The notes under the pieces: generated by a model
Database searches by the model: none
The model's input: the letters and a program-made list of their open reading frames with translations, nothing else
What the model was told of the DNA's origin: nothing
Part shown: positions 9,760 to 21,200 of the stretch, piece after piece
Numbering within the stretch: the first letter of the stretch is position 1
How the letters are laid out: every line of letters starts with the position of its first letter
DNA from: Candidatus Kapaibacterium sp.
GTDB taxonomy: Bacteria; Bacteroidota; Ignavibacteria; Kapaibacteriales; UBA2268
Reading direction: 5' to 3'
Length of the DNA: 64,000 nt
Assembly (NCBI GenBank): GCA_963665665.1
Contig: OY762428.1
Coordinates: forward strand, 2,336,001 to 2,400,000
Made by a program: the position numbers and the translations under genes

Positions 9760-11622
9760 ATGAAGCATTTATTAAATCTATTATCAACAGTATTAATTGT
9801 TTTTTTATCAGCATCCTGCATGTATAACCCGGTTGAAACCGTGGATGCGATAGTGGAACCAAGGCTCGACATAGGCAATACTGATATCAGGATCCTTCCC
9901 GAGGCAGATACATTGATCCTTCCTGAAAATGGCAATCTTGAAGTAAAATTAGTAGTTCAAACAGAACTTATCGTAAATCATGTTGAACTTATCAAGGATA
10001 CAACAACTATAAGCGTTGTAAATGACGGATCAAGCTATCCCGGTAGTAACAACACAAAAGTGTTCAGATATTATTTTAATAAGAATACGAAATATTTGGC
10101 CGGACTAATTAATTCATTGAAATTCAGAATAGTATTTGAAACCTGTACAGGATCGCTTGCGGACAGGTATCATCAGGAATTTATTACTGTGGAAAGAGAC
10201 TTTATTGTATCGAACATGAGTATAGAGGAAAAACCCTCAATTACCAGATTTGCTGATACAAACGGATCATTAATGATCTTTTGGGAAAAATCCGAAAGCG
10301 AATATTTTAGTTCATACTCTCTGATCAGTAAAAATGAAGAGGTGGCCAGAATATATGACATAGATAAACCGATGGCATACGATACAACATTCTTTGGGCC
10401 GGAAAAAGATTATTATGTAAGAACATATTACTTCGATGGAAAAGTTTCTATCGACGGGAATAAAACTTCATATAAGAAAAACCTGCCATCACCAATTGTT
10501 CAGCTATCTGCCGATACTGCAAGAATTACGGTTTCCTGGGATACCTTCCCCTATTATAACAATCTGAAAGGATACCGGCTTTTAATTATGGATAATAGCA
10601 ACCAGAATGAATTTAAGTTCTATACATCGAATAAAAAAACCACCAGCTTTGTGATTGACAGTTTGTTTATTCTTGAAAACAACAGGTACAATCTGATGTA
10701 CCTGACTAAAGTGGATGTTGAAAACCAATTTGTGAAATATAGCGGTATCAACAACCGGGGGGCTTTCAATACCGGCGAAGAGTCAGGTTTTCAGGGCCTT
10801 TACAAGATGTATCAGGATGAAAATGATAATTGCTACTATTTTGATTCCGGTGAATTTGGCGAATATGACATTCATACTCATTTGAAATTAAATTCAACTT
10901 CTATTCAATTCGACAGAGTATGGCTTTGCGAGAATGGTAAATATTTTACTATTCAATACTGGAATTTTTTATATGTATATAACATGGAATCCGGCGAATG
11001 TGTTGATACATTAAACGTCAGTTCAATAAGCGGGAGCGCGGATACTGATATTGATTTCCTGGATATATCACTGGATAGTTGTTATGTGTTTGAACATAAA
11101 AGGACTTTATATCTTTATAATTTTATTAGTTCTGTTCTGAAAACATACAGCTTGCCATCTGCCATATCGAACCTGAAGATTTCAGAAGACGCGGAATATT
11201 TAAGCTATGTTGTATATTCGAATCCGGGATATACTACCAAATGTTTTAAAATTGCCGAAGATTCTCTTGAGCAAATATCTTCTAAAGAAATCGAGGGCCT
11301 CAGGTTCATAACTACATTCAAGGGAAGTGGCCATCAGTTTGTTGGATATGATCAATATGGAATTTCAATATTTGATCCGGAGTCGGGAACTATTGTTGAA
11401 AAATATAATTTTGCAGTAAATACTTATGAGCAGAATTACTTCAGCTTTGACTGGAAAAACAGAAAGTTGCTGGTTTGCAATGATTCGCGGGGAAAATTAT
11501 ACGACATGGACAGAAAAAAGACGATTTTTACCATTGGAACTACCTGGGGGAAATATTACAATCTAATCGGGAACCAAATCTATAAAAATCAGAAATATAT
11601 TGTTATACCGGATATTGAATAA
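9760..11622 (+). CDS. Hypothetical lipoprotein (FN3-like segments, probable C-terminal beta-propeller)
   Basis: 620-aa ORF, lipobox LSASC, SD AGGAGG. Confidence 0.75.
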   Translation: MKHLLNLLSTVLIVFLSASCMYNPVETVDAIVEPRLDIGNTDIRILPEADTLILPENGNLEVKLVVQTELIVNHVELIKDTTTISVVNDGSSYPGSNNTKVFRYYFNKNTKYLAGLINSLKFRIVFETCTGSLADRYHQEFITVERDFIVSNMSIEEKPSITRFADTNGSLMIFWEKSESEYFSSYSLISKNEEVARIYDIDKPMAYDTTFFGPEKDYYVRTYYFDGKVSIDGNKTSYKKNLPSPIVQLSADTARITVSWDTFPYYNNLKGYRLLIMDNSNQNEFKFYTSNKKTTSFVIDSLFILENNRYNLMYLTKVDVENQFVKYSGINNRGAFNTGEESGFQGLYKMYQDENDNCYYFDSGEFGEYDIHTHLKLNSTSIQFDRVWLCENGKYFTIQYWNFLYVYNMESGECVDTLNVSSISGSADTDIDFLDISLDSCYVFEHKRTLYLYNFISSVLKTYSLPSAISNLKISEDAEYLSYVVYSNPGYTTKCFKIAEDSLEQISSKEIEGLRFITTFKGSGHQFVGYDQYGISIFDPESGTIVEKYNFAVNTYEQNYFSFDWKNRKLLVCNDSRGKLYDMDRKKTIFTIGTTWGKYYNLIGNQIYKNQKYIVIPDIE

Positions 11623-11638
11623 TTATTAAGAGGAAAAA

Positions 11639-12319
11639 ATGAAAAAGTGCTTCGTTCTTATATTTTCAGTTCTATTATTTACTTCATCTTATTCTATGGC
11701 GAATGATCTGTTTTTCAGCTTAAATCCCGGCTGGGGATCTTATCAAATGATCGACCTGAAAAACTATTTTGACGATATAAAAAAGAGCAATGCAATCGGC
11801 CTTGTTACAGATGATTTTCCGGGGTATTTCAATATCGGAGCCGATTTATTATATGAAATGACAGGATCGTTGAATATCGGTGTTGCTTTTATCTTCAACA
11901 GTACCGGCGGCAGATTCCATTATAATGATTATTCCGGTTATATTGATTCCAAATCAGTTAACTACTGCATAGGTTTAGGGCCTGTTTTTGAATTAAAAAC
12001 CAGCATTCTTGACGACAGGATAACCGTAAAATACTACAGCAGGTTCGGGCTGTTGCTTTCAAGTATGGAATTATCCCATTATATGGAAATTAACGAAGAA
12101 GTAATAAAAGATAATAAATCAACCACCGAAGCATCCAGTATGTTTTTAGAACCAGGTTTCAAGGTACTTTGGAATAACGATAATGTTAATTTTGGAATCG
12201 GAATGGGGTATTTCCTTGATTTTGATGAATTTTACGATGGAACTGAATTTCGCACCCAATGGGACGGAATTCGCCTGTATGCTATTCTGGAAACAAATAT
12301 CTCAAAATTGTTGCAATAA
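11639..12319 (+). CDS. Outer-membrane beta-barrel protein
   Basis: Signal peptide, amphipathic aromatic strands, SD AGAGG. Confidence 0.7.
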   Translation: MKKCFVLIFSVLLFTSSYSMANDLFFSLNPGWGSYQMIDLKNYFDDIKKSNAIGLVTDDFPGYFNIGADLLYEMTGSLNIGVAFIFNSTGGRFHYNDYSGYIDSKSVNYCIGLGPVFELKTSILDDRITVKYYSRFGLLLSSMELSHYMEINEEVIKDNKSTTEASSMFLEPGFKVLWNNDNVNFGIGMGYFLDFDEFYDGTEFRTQWDGIRLYAILETNISKLLQ

Positions 12320-12356
12320 TGTAAACAATTTATTTTCATATAAATAAGAATATTTT

Positions 12357-12364
12357 TATCTTTG
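12357..12364 (+). promoter_or_regulatory. Bacteroidota-type -7 promoter element (TAnnTTTG)
   Basis: TATCTTTG upstream of the 12572 gene; the same motif precedes genes at 15311 (+), 26402 (+), 21785-21792 (-) and 59060-59067 (-). Confidence 0.5.
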
Positions 12365-12571
12365 TTGAACTTGTATCACCAGGGGGACAGAATGTGGCAG
12401 GTATTCCGGTAAGTAAGGAGTTTTTCCTTAAAAAATTAAAAAAAATAAATAATAGCGTGACAATTCCGTTATAGGAGTGTTAATAATGTAGGTTATTGAT
12501 TATTTTTGTATTGAAGTAAATTGCAAAATAAAGTATTGTAAATAATTTTTTAATTTTATCAGGGACATAAT

Positions 12572-15208
12572 ATGTTGCAAACTAAATTGATCAAAAGGTT
12601 ATCGATCTTTTTCTTAGCCTTTTTGTTTGCCGTTGCTACCGATGCCTGGGCTCAACCATCGGTTTCGGGAGTAACACCTTCAAACACTGCTGACTGTGTA
12701 GATCTGGAAACTGACTTTGTATGGGAAACTGCTGACGGAGATGCGGTATCCTTTGTTTTCCAGCTTTCCGAATCCTCATCATTTACCAATTTGATCTATG
12801 ATGAAACAGTTAGTTCGAAAACTTTTACAGCCATACTTCCAAATTATCAAACTCAGTATTACTGGCGTGTGGAAGCTACTTTCGATGGCGGGGCAACAGC
12901 CTCGACAGGAATCCTTCGTTTCTGGACCAAAATGGCGCCACCGCTGAACCAGGTTCCGGCAAACGGCAATGAATGTGCGAATATTGAAACTACATTCGAC
13001 TGGAGTGATGTTGATGAAACTATAAACTACGTTCTTCAGATATCATATTCTTCGTCATTTACTTCGCTTTATGCCGAAGTTGATGACCTGACCTCTTCTT
13101 CCTATACAATGCTTCTGCCCGAATACAATACAGAGTATTTCTGGAGAGTGAAATCTGAAATGGGAGCTACCTGCGAAACTGAATTTTCCGATCCTTTCTC
13201 GCTAACCACTGCAATGAGGCCACCGACGATGATCCAGCCTGTGAACGGGGCTTTTGGCCTGGATAAAACAGTTGAAATGACCTGGAGCGCTGATGACGGA
13301 TACGATTCTTTCAACCTGATGGTGGATGATAATTCAGATTTTTCATCTCCTGTGTTTAATGAAACTGATCTGACAGATCCAAGCTATACAATAACACTTC
13401 CACAAAATAATACTCAGTATTTCTGGAAAGTTCAGGCTGATTATGACGGATGCCTTACTGACTGGACTGCTGCACGGACTTTTACTACAAAGTATGATGC
13501 TGTTTTGCTTGATTCCCCGGAAGACAACGTGCTTTGCGTGGAACTTGTTACCACTTATTCATGGGAAGCTGTAAACGGTGCTACTATGTACAGGCTTCAG
13601 ATTTCAGACAATCCTGATTACGATAGCCCGGTTGTAGATACTAATGAAATCGCCAATGTTTTCTTCCAGGCTACTATCCCCGACCCGATAACAGTTTATT
13701 ACTGGAGGGTGCGTGCAGAAGATGACAATAATGTTGGTTATTGGTCAACAAGCCGGACATTTACATCAACAATAACTGCACCTGAACTTCTATTTCCTGA
13801 CGAGAGCCTTTCAGGGCTTCCTCTGAAGTTTACTCTTGTCTGGCAGGAAGATGTTCCCAACTCTATTTATAATGTTCAGGTATCACGGTCAACAAACTTT
13901 TTAAATCCGATTATCAAAGCAGAGAATCTGGACGAACCAAATTATGATATCGAACTTGATGATTATTTCGAGGATTACTATTGGCGTGTACAGGCAGTTT
14001 ATAATACCTGTTCCAGTTCATGGTCCGAGGTTAAACAGTTCCGTACTGTAGTAGGTCCTCCCGGGCTTATTGCTCCTGCTGATAGTGAAGTTAACGTTGC
14101 ATTGAAACCTCGTTTCGAATGGGAACATTCCTCGGGTGCAACCCAATATGAAATATCAGTTGCTACTGATACTTTATTTGACAATGTGGTGCTGGGACGC
14201 CGTGGTATTCTGTCAACAAATTTCCAGGTTTCTGATGTTCTTGAAAAGAATACCCTGTATTACTGGAGAATCAGGGCTTCAAATAATGAAGGTACCAGTC
14301 TCTGGTCAGACAGATCATCATTCACAACCGGCGGGCTTGGTGCAGAAGTGCCGATATTACTTTATCCCGAGCAGCTTGCTGAAATGATACCTGTTGATAT
14401 GACTTTCGATTGGGATGATGCCGAAAGAGCCGATAGGTATCAGTTACAGGTTGCCCTTACTAAAGAATTCTTCGGTTATGAAATAAATATTGATACAATT
14501 AGTTCTTCTTCGTTTACTCATACCGGATTTGATAATTACACCGAATATTTCTGGCGCGTTCTTGCCATTAATGACAGCGGTAAAAGCTCCTGGTCTGAAA
14601 TCAGGAAATTCCGCACCATAGCGCTCCCGGTTGAAGAACATCCTGTATTACGTACTCCCGAGAACAACCTTGAGAATCTGCCGGTTGACCTTACTTTCTC
14701 CTGGCATAGTTCTGAACATGCTGAAGGATATTCCTATCAGCTTGCAAAGTCGAATTCATTTACCGCAGATCAGATGGTGGTTGATGAACCGGTAGTCTGG
14801 GGGCTTCAGCACAAGATATATGACCTTGAAGAAGATATGAGATACTTCTGGCGCGTGCGTGGATGGAACGAAGCTTCCGAAGGACCGTGGTCTGAAATAT
14901 TTACATTCACTACTACCGACGGATCAGGCATTCTTGATGAAATTGAAATGCCATTCCTGAGTTCTGTTTCTCCGCACCCGGTAACTGATAATGCTATGCT
15001 GTTCTTTACATTACCAACTGATTCCAGAGTTGTTATTAAAATATATAATTCATTGGGCCAGGAAGTGATGCAGGTTGCCGACCAGTTCATGCTTGCCGGT
15101 GAAAAACGTATGAAAATAGTACCTGTTGGAATGGAAAGCGGTATCTATATTTATACCATCGAAGCCGGAAACAGGAAAGAAACAAGACGCATGATCTATT
15201 TGCGTTAA
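12572..15208 (+). CDS. T9SS cargo built of eight FN3-like repeats plus CTD
   Basis: Eight P-x-N..F-x-W..Y-x-LQ..YYWRV-x-A..WS..FTT units; C-terminal VSPHPV..SGIYIYTI. Confidence 0.85.
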   Translation: MLQTKLIKRLSIFFLAFLFAVATDAWAQPSVSGVTPSNTADCVDLETDFVWETADGDAVSFVFQLSESSSFTNLIYDETVSSKTFTAILPNYQTQYYWRVEATFDGGATASTGILRFWTKMAPPLNQVPANGNECANIETTFDWSDVDETINYVLQISYSSSFTSLYAEVDDLTSSSYTMLLPEYNTEYFWRVKSEMGATCETEFSDPFSLTTAMRPPTMIQPVNGAFGLDKTVEMTWSADDGYDSFNLMVDDNSDFSSPVFNETDLTDPSYTITLPQNNTQYFWKVQADYDGCLTDWTAARTFTTKYDAVLLDSPEDNVLCVELVTTYSWEAVNGATMYRLQISDNPDYDSPVVDTNEIANVFFQATIPDPITVYYWRVRAEDDNNVGYWSTSRTFTSTITAPELLFPDESLSGLPLKFTLVWQEDVPNSIYNVQVSRSTNFLNPIIKAENLDEPNYDIELDDYFEDYYWRVQAVYNTCSSSWSEVKQFRTVVGPPGLIAPADSEVNVALKPRFEWEHSSGATQYEISVATDTLFDNVVLGRRGILSTNFQVSDVLEKNTLYYWRIRASNNEGTSLWSDRSSFTTGGLGAEVPILLYPEQLAEMIPVDMTFDWDDAERADRYQLQVALTKEFFGYEINIDTISSSSFTHTGFDNYTEYFWRVLAINDSGKSSWSEIRKFRTIALPVEEHPVLRTPENNLENLPVDLTFSWHSSEHAEGYSYQLAKSNSFTADQMVVDEPVVWGLQHKIYDLEEDMRYFWRVRGWNEASEGPWSEIFTFTTTDGSGILDEIEMPFLSSVSPHPVTDNAMLFFTLPTDSRVVIKIYNSLGQEVMQVADQFMLAGEKRMKIVPVGMESGIYIYTIEAGNRKETRRMIYLR

Positions 15209-15228
15209 TCATTTCCAAAATATTTACT

Positions 15229-15254
15229 AAAAAGGCCGGCATTCCCGGCCTTTT
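15229..15254 (+). terminator. Intrinsic terminator
   Basis: AAAAGGCCGG/CCGGCCTTTT hairpin right after the stop codon. Confidence 0.8.
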
Positions 15255-15404
15255 CCTGTTTTATCTGATTTCAAAGGAATTAACTCCTTGCTTGCAAATA
15301 TAAAATAATGTAGTTTTGCTCTTTCTTTCGGGGAAAGGTGCGTGTTTAAATAATTATTAGCAGCAGGGTTTCCCGTATATTAAACTGAATAACAATAGCA
15401 AATT

Positions 15405-16097
15405 ATGAGTAAATACGTAATCGGAGATATTCACGGATGTTCATCCTCACTTTCCGGCCTTCTCGACAAGATTTCACCGGAAAAAGGGGATACTATTTAC
15501 TTTCTTGGGGACTATATAGACCGCGGCCCGAATTCTAAAGCTGTTGTGGATATTATTTTGGGCCTGAAAGAATCAGGGATATTGATAATGCCACTGATGG
15601 GAAACCATGAGGAAATGATGCTTAATTCTTTTTTTTCTGTTAAATATTTTGAACAATGGAAAAAAAACGGCGGCAGAAGTACACTTAAAAGCTTTCTTGC
15701 TGACCATGTTAAAGATATTGATAAAAAGTATATTGACTTTTTCTCATCCCTGAAATATTTTTATCTTACCGACGATTATGTTATCGTTCATGGCGGGCTC
15801 AATTTCAAACTTTCGGATCCCCTGAAAGACAAACTGAGTATGGTATGGGAAAGAAATAATGTTGTGGATACAAGGAAAACAGGCGGCAGAAAATTGATTG
15901 TAGGCCATACTCCCATACGTCTGAAAGATGTCAAAAAAAGTATTTATCACGATAAGATAATGCTTGACGGCGGATGTGTGTATTATTACCGCTATCCTGA
16001 GCTTGGATACCTTTGTGCGTTAAGATTGGATGATAAAGAACTTTTTTATGTTAAGAACAGTGATTATTCAAGAAGCAGGAAATATCATGAATATTGA
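15405..16097 (+). CDS. PPP-family Ser/Thr metallophosphoesterase
   Basis: GDIHG, GDYIDRG, GNHE, VHGG and GHTP motifs. Confidence 0.92.
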   Translation: MSKYVIGDIHGCSSSLSGLLDKISPEKGDTIYFLGDYIDRGPNSKAVVDIILGLKESGILIMPLMGNHEEMMLNSFFSVKYFEQWKKNGGRSTLKSFLADHVKDIDKKYIDFFSSLKYFYLTDDYVIVHGGLNFKLSDPLKDKLSMVWERNNVVDTRKTGGRKLIVGHTPIRLKDVKKSIYHDKIMLDGGCVYYYRYPELGYLCALRLDDKELFYVKNSDYSRSRKYHEY

Positions 16098-16443
16098 GCA
16101 ATTCAGGGAATATTGCCTTTCGAAGAAGGGGGTTAGCGAGGATTTCCCGTTTGATGAAACATCTCTCTGCTTTAGGGTAATGGGAAAAATATTTGCTATT
16201 ACCGATACTGAAGACCTTCCCCTTTTTTTTAATTTGAAATGCGACCCCGAGCGGGCAGCTGACCTCAGGGAAAGGCATCCCGGGATAAAACCTGGCTGGC
16301 ACATGAACAAAAAACACTGGAACTCGGTTGTACCCGACGAAGATGTGCCGGAGGATCTTATCTATGAGCTTATTGACCATTCTTACGATCTTATAGCCAA
16401 ATCCCTGAAAAAATCAGACAGGGAAAAACTAAGCATGATGTAA
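16087..16443 (+). CDS. MmcQ/YjbR family protein
   Basis: FRVMGKIFA, NLKCDPE, PGWHMNKKHWNSV; start overlaps the upstream stop region. Confidence 0.92.
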   Translation: MNIEQFREYCLSKKGVSEDFPFDETSLCFRVMGKIFAITDTEDLPLFFNLKCDPERAADLRERHPGIKPGWHMNKKHWNSVVPDEDVPEDLIYELIDHSYDLIAKSLKKSDREKLSMM

Positions 16444-16678
16444 ATGTTTATTGCGGTTTTTAAAGAAGTATTTTGCAAATGGCTGACAGAAGGCTTTTTA
16501 ATCAGAAATAAAAAAAGGAAATCCTTTCCTTTTCGTCGTTATGGGATATTTTCGGGTTCTCCCGAAGAATTTTTCAAATTAAACTGTTTTATGAAACTAC
16601 CCGTATTCTTATTTAAGAATAAAATAACTATGACAAAATGAATTATTAATAAATACGATACTGAATGGATCAGTAAAT

Positions 16679-18187
16679 ATGGAAAAAGGAAAAGTATATT
16701 TGATTGGTGCCGGGCCGGGCGATCCCGGACTGATAACTGTAAACGGAATAAACGCCCTGAAAGTAGCGGACGTTGTGCTATATGATAAGCTTGCCAATCC
16801 CGAGCTTCTTGGCGAGTGCCGCTCCGACGCAGAAATGATATTCGTGGGAAAAGCTGCCGGACACCATTACGTAAAGCAGGAAGACACCATCAAATTAATG
16901 ATAGAAAAAGCAAACTCCGGGAATATTGTTGCCAGGCTGAAGGGCGGCGATCCATTGATATTTGGCCGGGGCTCCGAGGAAGCCATCGAACTGGTAAAAG
17001 AAGGTATAGAGTTCGAATTTATTCCCGGAGTAACAGCGGCGGCAGGGGCAACAGCTTATGCCGGAATCCCGCTTACTCACAGGAATATGGCCACACAATG
17101 CGTTATGCTTACTGCCCACGAGGCCCCCGGCAAAGAAGAATCTCAAATCGAGTGGGAAAGGCTTGCCGGAATGAAAAATACCACCATAGTTATTTACATG
17201 GGAGCTGCCATGCTGCCGGAGATTTCAAAGACTCTGATCGATTTCGGTATGGATGAAAATCATCCCGCAGCAGTTGTGCAGAACGGAACATTGCCCGAAC
17301 AAAGAAGTATAAGCGGAACAATTAAAACTATACCGCAGCTTGTTAGTGAAAAAGGGCTTAAGCCGCCGTTGATTACTATACTCGGCCCTACGGTCAGTTT
17401 AAGGGAGAAGATCAATTTCTTCGAGAATAAGCCGCTGTTTGGCAGGCGGATTGTTGTGACAAGAGCTAAGGACCAGGCGGCATCATTCTATAAAATGCTG
17501 CGTGAACTTGGCGCCGAACCCGTACCTTTCCCTGTTATCAAAACCGAGCAGGCAAACCCGAAAACCAACCTGGAAACAGTCCTTGAAAATAAATACGAAT
17601 GGACGGTTTTTTCGAGTGAAAACGGAGTGCGTTGGTTTTTCAGCCTTTTGAATGATAACGGCAAAGATGCCAGGGTGCTTGGAAATTCCAGGGTTGCTGC
17701 CATTGGCAGCGGTACTCAGAAAAAATTAAAAGAAATGGGGATAATTGCTGATTTTGTACCGGAAACATATACCTCAAGAGCTTTGGTTGATGAATTAGCT
17801 TCAAAGCATGATATAGCCGGAAAAAATATTCTAAGGGTGAAAGGATATTTTGAACAGGATCCCCTGACTGAAAATTTAATTAAAAAGGGTGCTGAAGTTC
17901 ATCCCCTTGAAGTTTACAAGCTGGATAAAGACGAACCAACGGAAATGCAAAAAGAAAACCTGCTGAACAATGGGGCGGAAGCGATTGTGTTTACAAGTGG
18001 TTCAACAGTGGACAACCTTCTTTCGGTATTAGGAGAAAAATCTGCTGAAGTGCTTATGAACACGATTCCCATTGCCATTGGCCCTGTTACTGCCACAAAA
18101 CTTGAAGAGCGGGGCGTGCTGCATTATATCATGGCCGATCAGCATGACCTGGACGGAATTATCCTTAAATTGCTTGAGTTGTTCTGA
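16679..18187 (+). CDS. cobA: Fused uroporphyrinogen-III C-methyltransferase / uroporphyrinogen-III synthase (CobA-HemD)
   Basis: VYLIGAGPGDPGLIT and RLKGGDPLIFGRG, then KPLFGRRIVVTRA and FTSGSTV in the HemD domain. Confidence 0.95.
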   Translation: MEKGKVYLIGAGPGDPGLITVNGINALKVADVVLYDKLANPELLGECRSDAEMIFVGKAAGHHYVKQEDTIKLMIEKANSGNIVARLKGGDPLIFGRGSEEAIELVKEGIEFEFIPGVTAAAGATAYAGIPLTHRNMATQCVMLTAHEAPGKEESQIEWERLAGMKNTTIVIYMGAAMLPEISKTLIDFGMDENHPAAVVQNGTLPEQRSISGTIKTIPQLVSEKGLKPPLITILGPTVSLREKINFFENKPLFGRRIVVTRAKDQAASFYKMLRELGAEPVPFPVIKTEQANPKTNLETVLENKYEWTVFSSENGVRWFFSLLNDNGKDARVLGNSRVAAIGSGTQKKLKEMGIIADFVPETYTSRALVDELASKHDIAGKNILRVKGYFEQDPLTENLIKKGAEVHPLEVYKLDKDEPTEMQKENLLNNGAEAIVFTSGSTVDNLLSVLGEKSAEVLMNTIPIAIGPVTATKLEERGVLHYIMADQHDLDGIILKLLELF

Positions 18188-18240
18188 GATAAGTGTTTAT
18201 CTGATTTCAGAAATAGTAAAACAATCCTGAAAGAACGAAA

Positions 18241-18276
18241 AAAAATCCGGTATTAAATTAATAATACCGGATTTTT
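18241..18276. terminator. Bidirectional terminator between convergent genes
   Basis: AAAAATCCGGTATTA..TAATACCGGATTTTT. Confidence 0.8.
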
Positions 18277-18299
18277 ATATAAATCATGAATTCAGAACT

Positions 18300-21200
18300 T
18301 TAGTTCTTGATAAACTGCTTTCTAATATCAAACTTATCATTTAATAATCTAACAAAATAAGTTCCCGGAACGTAATTATCAATCTCTATTCTGAGCATTG
18401 AATCATCCTGCATATTTACAGATTTTGTTTCAATAACATTCCCTTCAAGGTCGTAAACGTACATGTCTGCAGGGCCAATGGCTTTTGGTACATGAATATC
18501 AACATGGCTTGTAGCCGGATTGGGGTATAGTTCAGCTGCAAATTCATCATTTTTAACAGGTACATCAACCATGTCGCCAATTCGGAATGAATAAAATACG
18601 CCAATACCAAAATCAGGATCGAAAACATGTATGTCTTCACCGGCACCGTCAACTATTCTCAGGTAGCCGTTGCCCTGGTCAGGAATAGCCCAGTAGGAAA
18701 GGCCGTAATGTCTTTGGTCAAGTACTCTTAAGGTGTAGCATCCTTCTTCCAGTTCTGCAAAGTTGAAAGTATATAAAGAATTGTTCTGGAAATTATCTCC
18801 GCTTTTAACAACATTTCCTGCATAGTCCAAAATCTCGACAGAGAACTCGCTTCCGCGAAGGTTTGTCAATATCCGGACTTCACAGCTATTAGTATACATA
18901 TCAGTTTGTTTGAAACGGCTGGTGTAAGTGTCATTTTCAGCATATTGATCCTGCTTACCGTTAGGATCGGAAACTGTTGCAGTAAATTTCCTCTGTTCGT
19001 CGCCATGCCAGAATGCTGATGATGTTATCGGTATGTATATTGTATCAAAGCGCATAGGTTCAATATTGCCTGTCCAGTTGAAATCAATGGGGTCGCCGCC
19101 TGAAACACCGATATTGATATTCAAAGATGTTATAGGCTCGCTGCCATTATTTCTTACAATTATTGTAGGCTCGGAGCATATCGGATTTATCCTTGAGTAA
19201 TAATCCCAGCTGTTAGGAGAAATGATGTCATAAAGCTCGGCATCAATTTCGTGTGTCGGAGCAGAATATTGAATAAAGTGCATTGAAGTTACGTAATTAC
19301 CGTTGCCCATATTTTTATTATTAGCCGGCACAGGAGTAATTCCATAATCGAATTTTGTTGTTGGTTTGGTTACTATTCCCGTCAGCTCGAATTCAAAATC
19401 TTTTACTACATCTCCCGGGCACCAGCCTTCGCGTGCTCCGGGCCATGTTCCGCCCTGGGGATAAACCGGGTTCATCGCGCATTCGTAATACTGGAATATC
19501 TTCCATGAAAATTCATCATTATTTACCAGTAAATAATGGTCGTTATCTTTCCATTCGCAGCAATGAGGATATTCACCGTCGTTGCTGTGATGTCCGTGGC
19601 CGGTAAGCCTTGTTTTGATTTTGAAAGTTTCTGCGTCATCCAGAATCGGAACTTCAATTTCCGACAATACATCGTCATTATCCATCTGGCTGTATCTATA
19701 AGATTTCATTGGGCCCCATATCCTGTCTACGCTAAGAACTTTTCTCGGAGGGGTTCCTTTGATAAATTCAAACCTGACATCGAGCAATTCCTGCTGGTTG
19801 CCTGCCGACATATCAACTTCGCCTGTCAGAAGATGAGCATATTCCGTAACGTCGTATCTCCATTCGAACCCGTCGGGCCCAAGGTCAAGCATTTTTCCGT
19901 AAGGAGTGATAAACCTTGCTATTTCATACCTGTCCAGTATTTCAGCAGGTTCGGTATAATATGTAATTACATCATTATAAATTTCTTCTGATTTCTCGGA
20001 ATAGCTGGAATCGATTCTGTTGCCGTCAGGATCGTAGGTGTATCCCCATCCACCCTGTTCCACATTAATCAATTCATCAACAATTGCTCTGTGTCCGTCT
20101 TTTTTGAATTTTACAATACTAAGTTGGGGAAGCTGTTCGGATATTGTTGCTACTGATTCATTTACCCGGGTTTCATATTCGCCTCGGAGCATAACTACAG
20201 CGGGACGGTTCTCGCTGCCAAAAGAATTTTTCATGTAATCCGCAGGATACATCTGTTTAACGGCAGGCATTCCAATTAGCCTTCCGTTTCTTTCCTTGCC
20301 TGATTTATCAATTACATAGCCATTCTCGATATTCTCCATATCATAATAAAGCTGTAGGTTAGAGTAATTCGGGTGTGTTTCGTCAATATCCTTATCCAGC
20401 CATTCAGAAATAGCATCATTGCTAAGAGCATCATTCCAGATTCTTACATCATCAATACATCCGTCGATCATTGAATTATTGCCTATAGTACTCGATATTT
20501 TAACGGGCTCGTTATTCACCGGAGTATAGGAAGGAATCACGTGCTTATATATAAGCCCTATTTCCCGACCGTTAATGAAAAGCTTCAGCTTGTCATTATT
20601 CGATTCTCCTGAACCGTCGAAAACCATGGCAATATGCGTCCATTGGCCAACCTGCAGAACGCCTTCGGCCCTGCCCCACTGATTCAGAGCAGGACGAACT
20701 ATACAATATACTTCCCTTTCCGATCCGCCGCACTGCAGAACCAGCTTGTTGTTCTTTGTAATAATATCAGCCCAGTTTTTCCATTTGTTGATCTTTACCC
20801 AGGTTTCGTAAGTTACTTTCTGAACTCCGTTAATTTCCGGAATATCCGTTGCTTCCACATAATCATAAGTGCCGTCAAATTCAAGGAATGTATCATTCTC
20901 GGCAGAAATTATGCCGCCGGATACTGCGTTGGCTCCCCAAATAACATCTTCGGTATCTTCATCTATCGAGTAGCTGATATCGAAAAGAACACTGAACAGT
21001 CCGTTCCAGTCGAAAGGCTCATTGAAATAAATAGTATGCCAGCCTTCTTCCTGAACAGTAATATCATCATAATGATATGTTACTAACTCAATATTATCTA
21101 TCATATCAGTTGTTTTAGAATTCGTATTCTTCAACCCGATCTTAAGGTTCTTCAGCGTTATCGGCGCACTTTTCAGGTAAAATTTAACACCGTGTATATT

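Noticed and set aside
16444-16678. Cobalamin riboswitch upstream of cobA-hemD
   Set aside because: No recognisable B12-box or conserved core
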